32,000 nucleotides of DNA, taken from contig CAZNZM010000002.1 in NCBI GenBank assembly GCA_964577555.1, forward strand, positions 119,987-151,986, in the 5' to 3' direction. The DNA is from an uncultured archaeon. GTDB taxonomy: Archaea > Iainarchaeota > Iainarchaeia > Iainarchaeales > Iainarchaeaceae. A model generated the notes under the pieces. It saw nothing but the letters and a program-made list of their open reading frames with translations. It searched no databases and was not told where the DNA came from. The translations under genes and the position numbers were made by a program. Below, one piece after another: positions 29,484 through 32,000 of this stretch (its first letter is position 1; every line of letters starts with the position of its first letter).

Positions 29484-32000
29484 TTGAATAAGCTGGGCTT
29501 TAAGCCTTGCTTTAATGATTTTGTTGTTTTTTTGTTAGCCTTCTGCATCTTTTTTGTTCTTTTTTCTCATAGTGCTTTTGCTGTGCAGCAGCTCATGGCT
29601 TTGCATGGTAAGGCTGTTTCTGGTGGTAATCCTATAAATTCTGGTAATTTGCGGGTTTTGATTTATGATTCTAATGTCGGGGGTAATTTGGTTTATGATT
29701 CTAACTCTGATTTTGATTCTAAAATAGTGAATGGTTTTTTTGATGTTATTCTTGGTTCTGGTTCTGTGCCTCTTGATTTGAATTATGGGGTTGTTTATTA
29801 TATGGATATTTTGGTTAATGGTCAGGATTTGAATTTTAATGGTGAGGACAGGAGGCCTTTTGAGTCATCTCGTGGGCCCATTATAGGTTCTTCTATAATG
29901 GCTGGCACTATTTCTAATGTTCAAATTTCTGGTTCTGCGGCAATTGATTGGACTAAAATTTCTAAGTCTGGTTCAAAGCTTAGCGATTTGGGTTTTGATG
30001 CTGATTTTAATAGAACTTATGTTACTCAGGTTGATGTCAATTCTTGGTTTGTAAAATCCGCTGATGCAAATTATATTTATTATACTCAAGCCGATGCTAA
30101 TAATGTTTTGTTGAATAAGGTTGATGCTAATAATTTGTTTGCAAGGAAGGCTTATTCTGAAGTTATTACTGGCAATTGGAATTTTTCAAATCCTTTTTAT
30201 CAGGGCGGTGGTTTTGGTTCTGGTGGAATAACTTTTCAGAATGGAATTGGTTATTTTCAAAGTATTGTGGTTTTGAATGATTTTAATGCAGCCACTGTCA
30301 CAGGTATTGATATTAATGGGCATTATGTTCCTGATCCTGACAATACTTGGGATCTTGGCTCGGCTTTGCGCAGGTTCAGGAAGATTTATTCTGTTGATGC
30401 TAATTTTGTTTCAGCCAATATTGGTTCTCTTGTTTTGGGCAGTCCTCTTGGCGTAGTTAGCGGAGGTACTGGTTCGTCTTCTTTTACGCCGGGGCAATTG
30501 CTTTATTATAATGGTTCTGTTGTTGTCGGAGATTCGTCTTTGTTTTGGGATTCTGCTTTGAAAAGGCTTGGAATTGGGACTTCTTCCCCTTCTTCGGCTT
30601 TGAATGTTGTTGGCGATACCAATGTTTCTGGCAATTTGGTTGTTGGTTCAAATAATTTATTTGTAAATTCTTTGTTAGGCAGGGTAGGGGTTGGTACGAA
30701 TTCGCCGCAAAATTCTTTGAATGTTGTTGGTGATTTGAATGTCACTGGCGTTTCTTATTTGGGCAATGTTGTTATTGCTGCTGATGATATTAATGTTAAT
30801 AGGATAAATTCAAGAGATGGGAATATTTCTTTTAATTATCAGGGTTCTGAATTAATGAGGCTTGTTGGGGCTTCTGGCAATTTGGGGGTTGGCACTTCAA
30901 GTCCGACTTCTAAATTGCATGTTGCTGGGGATATTAATGTTACAGGAAATGCTTATTTGGAGCTTGATTGGGTCAGGTTGAAAAATTATCCTGCTTCTTG
31001 TTTGAGCGGACAATTTGTTACTGGGGTTGGTGACACTTTGACTTGTATGAATGTTCCTGGCGGTGGCGGAGGCAGGACTTATATTGGATATTCTCCGATT
31101 TCCATTGATAATGATTTGAATACTATTGCCTTGAATGTGTTGCCTAATTCTGATTGGAATGGTTTGTTTGACGGTTTTGACAGCAATTATTATCTTAACT
31201 TTAAAAATTTGTCCGACAGGAATTTTTCTTTGCTTGTTTTGGATAATAATTCTTCTTTTGATGCTCGTTACATAAAGATTTCAGACACTAATAATGTTGC
31301 AAGAATCAATTATGGTGCTGTTGGTGGTCTTTCTGTTGGTGGTGTGGTTTTTGGTTCTGGTGTTGGTGTTTTGGCTCAAGATAGTAATTTGTTTTGGGAT
31401 TCTGGTCTTGATAGGTTGGGTGTTGGGACTAATGCTCCTTTGGAAAGGTTGCATATTGGTGGTGTTGGTAAGTTAATGGTTGGTGATTTGACGTCAAATC
31501 CTGGTGGTAAATTGAGGGTTACTTTGGATGATAATGATAGTGAAACTATGGGGCTTAAGGTTATTTTGATGAGGACTAGTGGTGAGAATTATGGTGTTAT
31601 TGGTACTACTGCTGGTAGTGGTGCTACTACTAATGTTGGTTTGTATGGGTGGGCTAGTGGTGGTTTGAGTAATTTGGGTTTGTGGGTTGATAGTGGTGTT
31701 TCTAGATTTGATGATAATGTTGGCATTTTGGTTAGTAGGCCTGTTAATAGGCTTAATTTGGTTGGTGATTTGAATGTGGTTGGTAGTGCTTCTGCCAAAC
31801 AACCTTCGCTTTATGTTAGGTTGGGTGATGGTAATGTTGGTTTGAATACTGTTGGTGGTGAGGGTTATAGGTTGGATGTTAATGGTAATGTGCGTGTTGT
31901 TAATGATTTGAATGTTGTTGGTGTTGCTAGTTTTGGTAGTGTTGTTGGTTTTGTTAGGGATTCTGTTTTTAATTCGAGTTTTCCTGTTTTGTTGGATTCT
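29484..32000 (+). CDS. Large secreted surface protein with tail-fibre-like G(I/V)GT..P...L.V.G repeats (partial, continues beyond the window)
   Basis: This frame is open from 29457 to the window end, 839 codons from the TTG at 29484. ggtgaggtg lies 6 nt upstream, and a GTG at 29475 is an alternative start. A signal peptide is present (FVVFLLAFCIFFVLFSHSAFA). Recurrent units are RLGIGTSSPSSALNVVGDTNVSG, RVGVGTNSPQNSLNVVGDLNVTG, NLGVGTSSPTSKLHVAGDINVTG and RLGVGTNAPLERLHIGG. It is absent from the ORF track because it has no stop in the window. Confidence 0.85.
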   Translation, partial: MNKLGFKPCFNDFVVFLLAFCIFFVLFSHSAFAVQQLMALHGKAVSGGNPINSGNLRVLIYDSNVGGNLVYDSNSDFDSKIVNGFFDVILGSGSVPLDLNYGVVYYMDILVNGQDLNFNGEDRRPFESSRGPIIGSSIMAGTISNVQISGSAAIDWTKISKSGSKLSDLGFDADFNRTYVTQVDVNSWFVKSADANYIYYTQADANNVLLNKVDANNLFARKAYSEVITGNWNFSNPFYQGGGFGSGGITFQNGIGYFQSIVVLNDFNAATVTGIDINGHYVPDPDNTWDLGSALRRFRKIYSVDANFVSANIGSLVLGSPLGVVSGGTGSSSFTPGQLLYYNGSVVVGDSSLFWDSALKRLGIGTSSPSSALNVVGDTNVSGNLVVGSNNLFVNSLLGRVGVGTNSPQNSLNVVGDLNVTGVSYLGNVVIAADDINVNRINSRDGNISFNYQGSELMRLVGASGNLGVGTSSPTSKLHVAGDINVTGNAYLELDWVRLKNYPASCLSGQFVTGVGDTLTCMNVPGGGGGRTYIGYSPISIDNDLNTIALNVLPNSDWNGLFDGFDSNYYLNFKNLSDRNFSLLVLDNNSSFDARYIKISDTNNVARINYGAVGGLSVGGVVFGSGVGVLAQDSNLFWDSGLDRLGVGTNAPLERLHIGGVGKLMVGDLTSNPGGKLRVTLDDNDSETMGLKVILMRTSGENYGVIGTTAGSGATTNVGLYGWASGGLSNLGLWVDSGVSRFDDNVGILVSRPVNRLNLVGDLNVVGSASAKQPSLYVRLGDGNVGLNTVGGEGYRLDVNGNVRVVNDLNVVGVASFGSVVGFVRDSVFNSSFPVLLDS

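Noticed and set aside
30506-31802. ORFs 30506..30745 (-), 31294..31476 (+), 31494..31802 (-), 31589..31798 (-)
   Set aside because: All lie inside the long open frame of the surface protein gene and are repetitive shadow translations (Thr/Pro/Asn-rich or Val/Leu-rich).

Overview
AT-rich window (about 25-32% GC in sampled lines). It looks like a small-genome archaeon, probably DPANN-like. Archaeal markers: a Lig1-type ATP-dependent DNA ligase, an archaeal/eukaryotic-type ProRS, a DRG-family GTPase, an Mtq2/HemK-type methyltransferase, TruD/Pus7, and a tRNA with an intron at the canonical 37/38 position. Most of the window is housekeeping genes plus many membrane or secreted proteins, including a NikR-like regulator next to a ZIP transporter and an ApbE / FMN-binding lipoprotein / MsrQ-like membrane cluster. 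Four things stand out. (1) The + strand is T-rich (and G-rich) almost everywhere, whichever way the genes point. (2) Two spacers of 0.55-0.7 kb are almost pure T/G and are built from a degenerate AGCC-core repeat that also occurs in most other spacers. (3) An accessory patch at about 23.4-29.2 kb holds a Fic/Doc gene between two copies of a 0.4-0.6 kb host segment. It also holds a roughly 3 kb segment of foreign composition with decayed ORFs and a LemA(frameshifted)/GIDE-like module bracketed by a 24-bp inverted repeat. (4) An ORF of at least 839 codons for a repeat-rich surface protein runs off the right edge and is missing from the supplied ORF track. No CRISPR array, rRNA, integrase or transposase was seen. 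All homology calls come from motif recognition by eye and need database confirmation.
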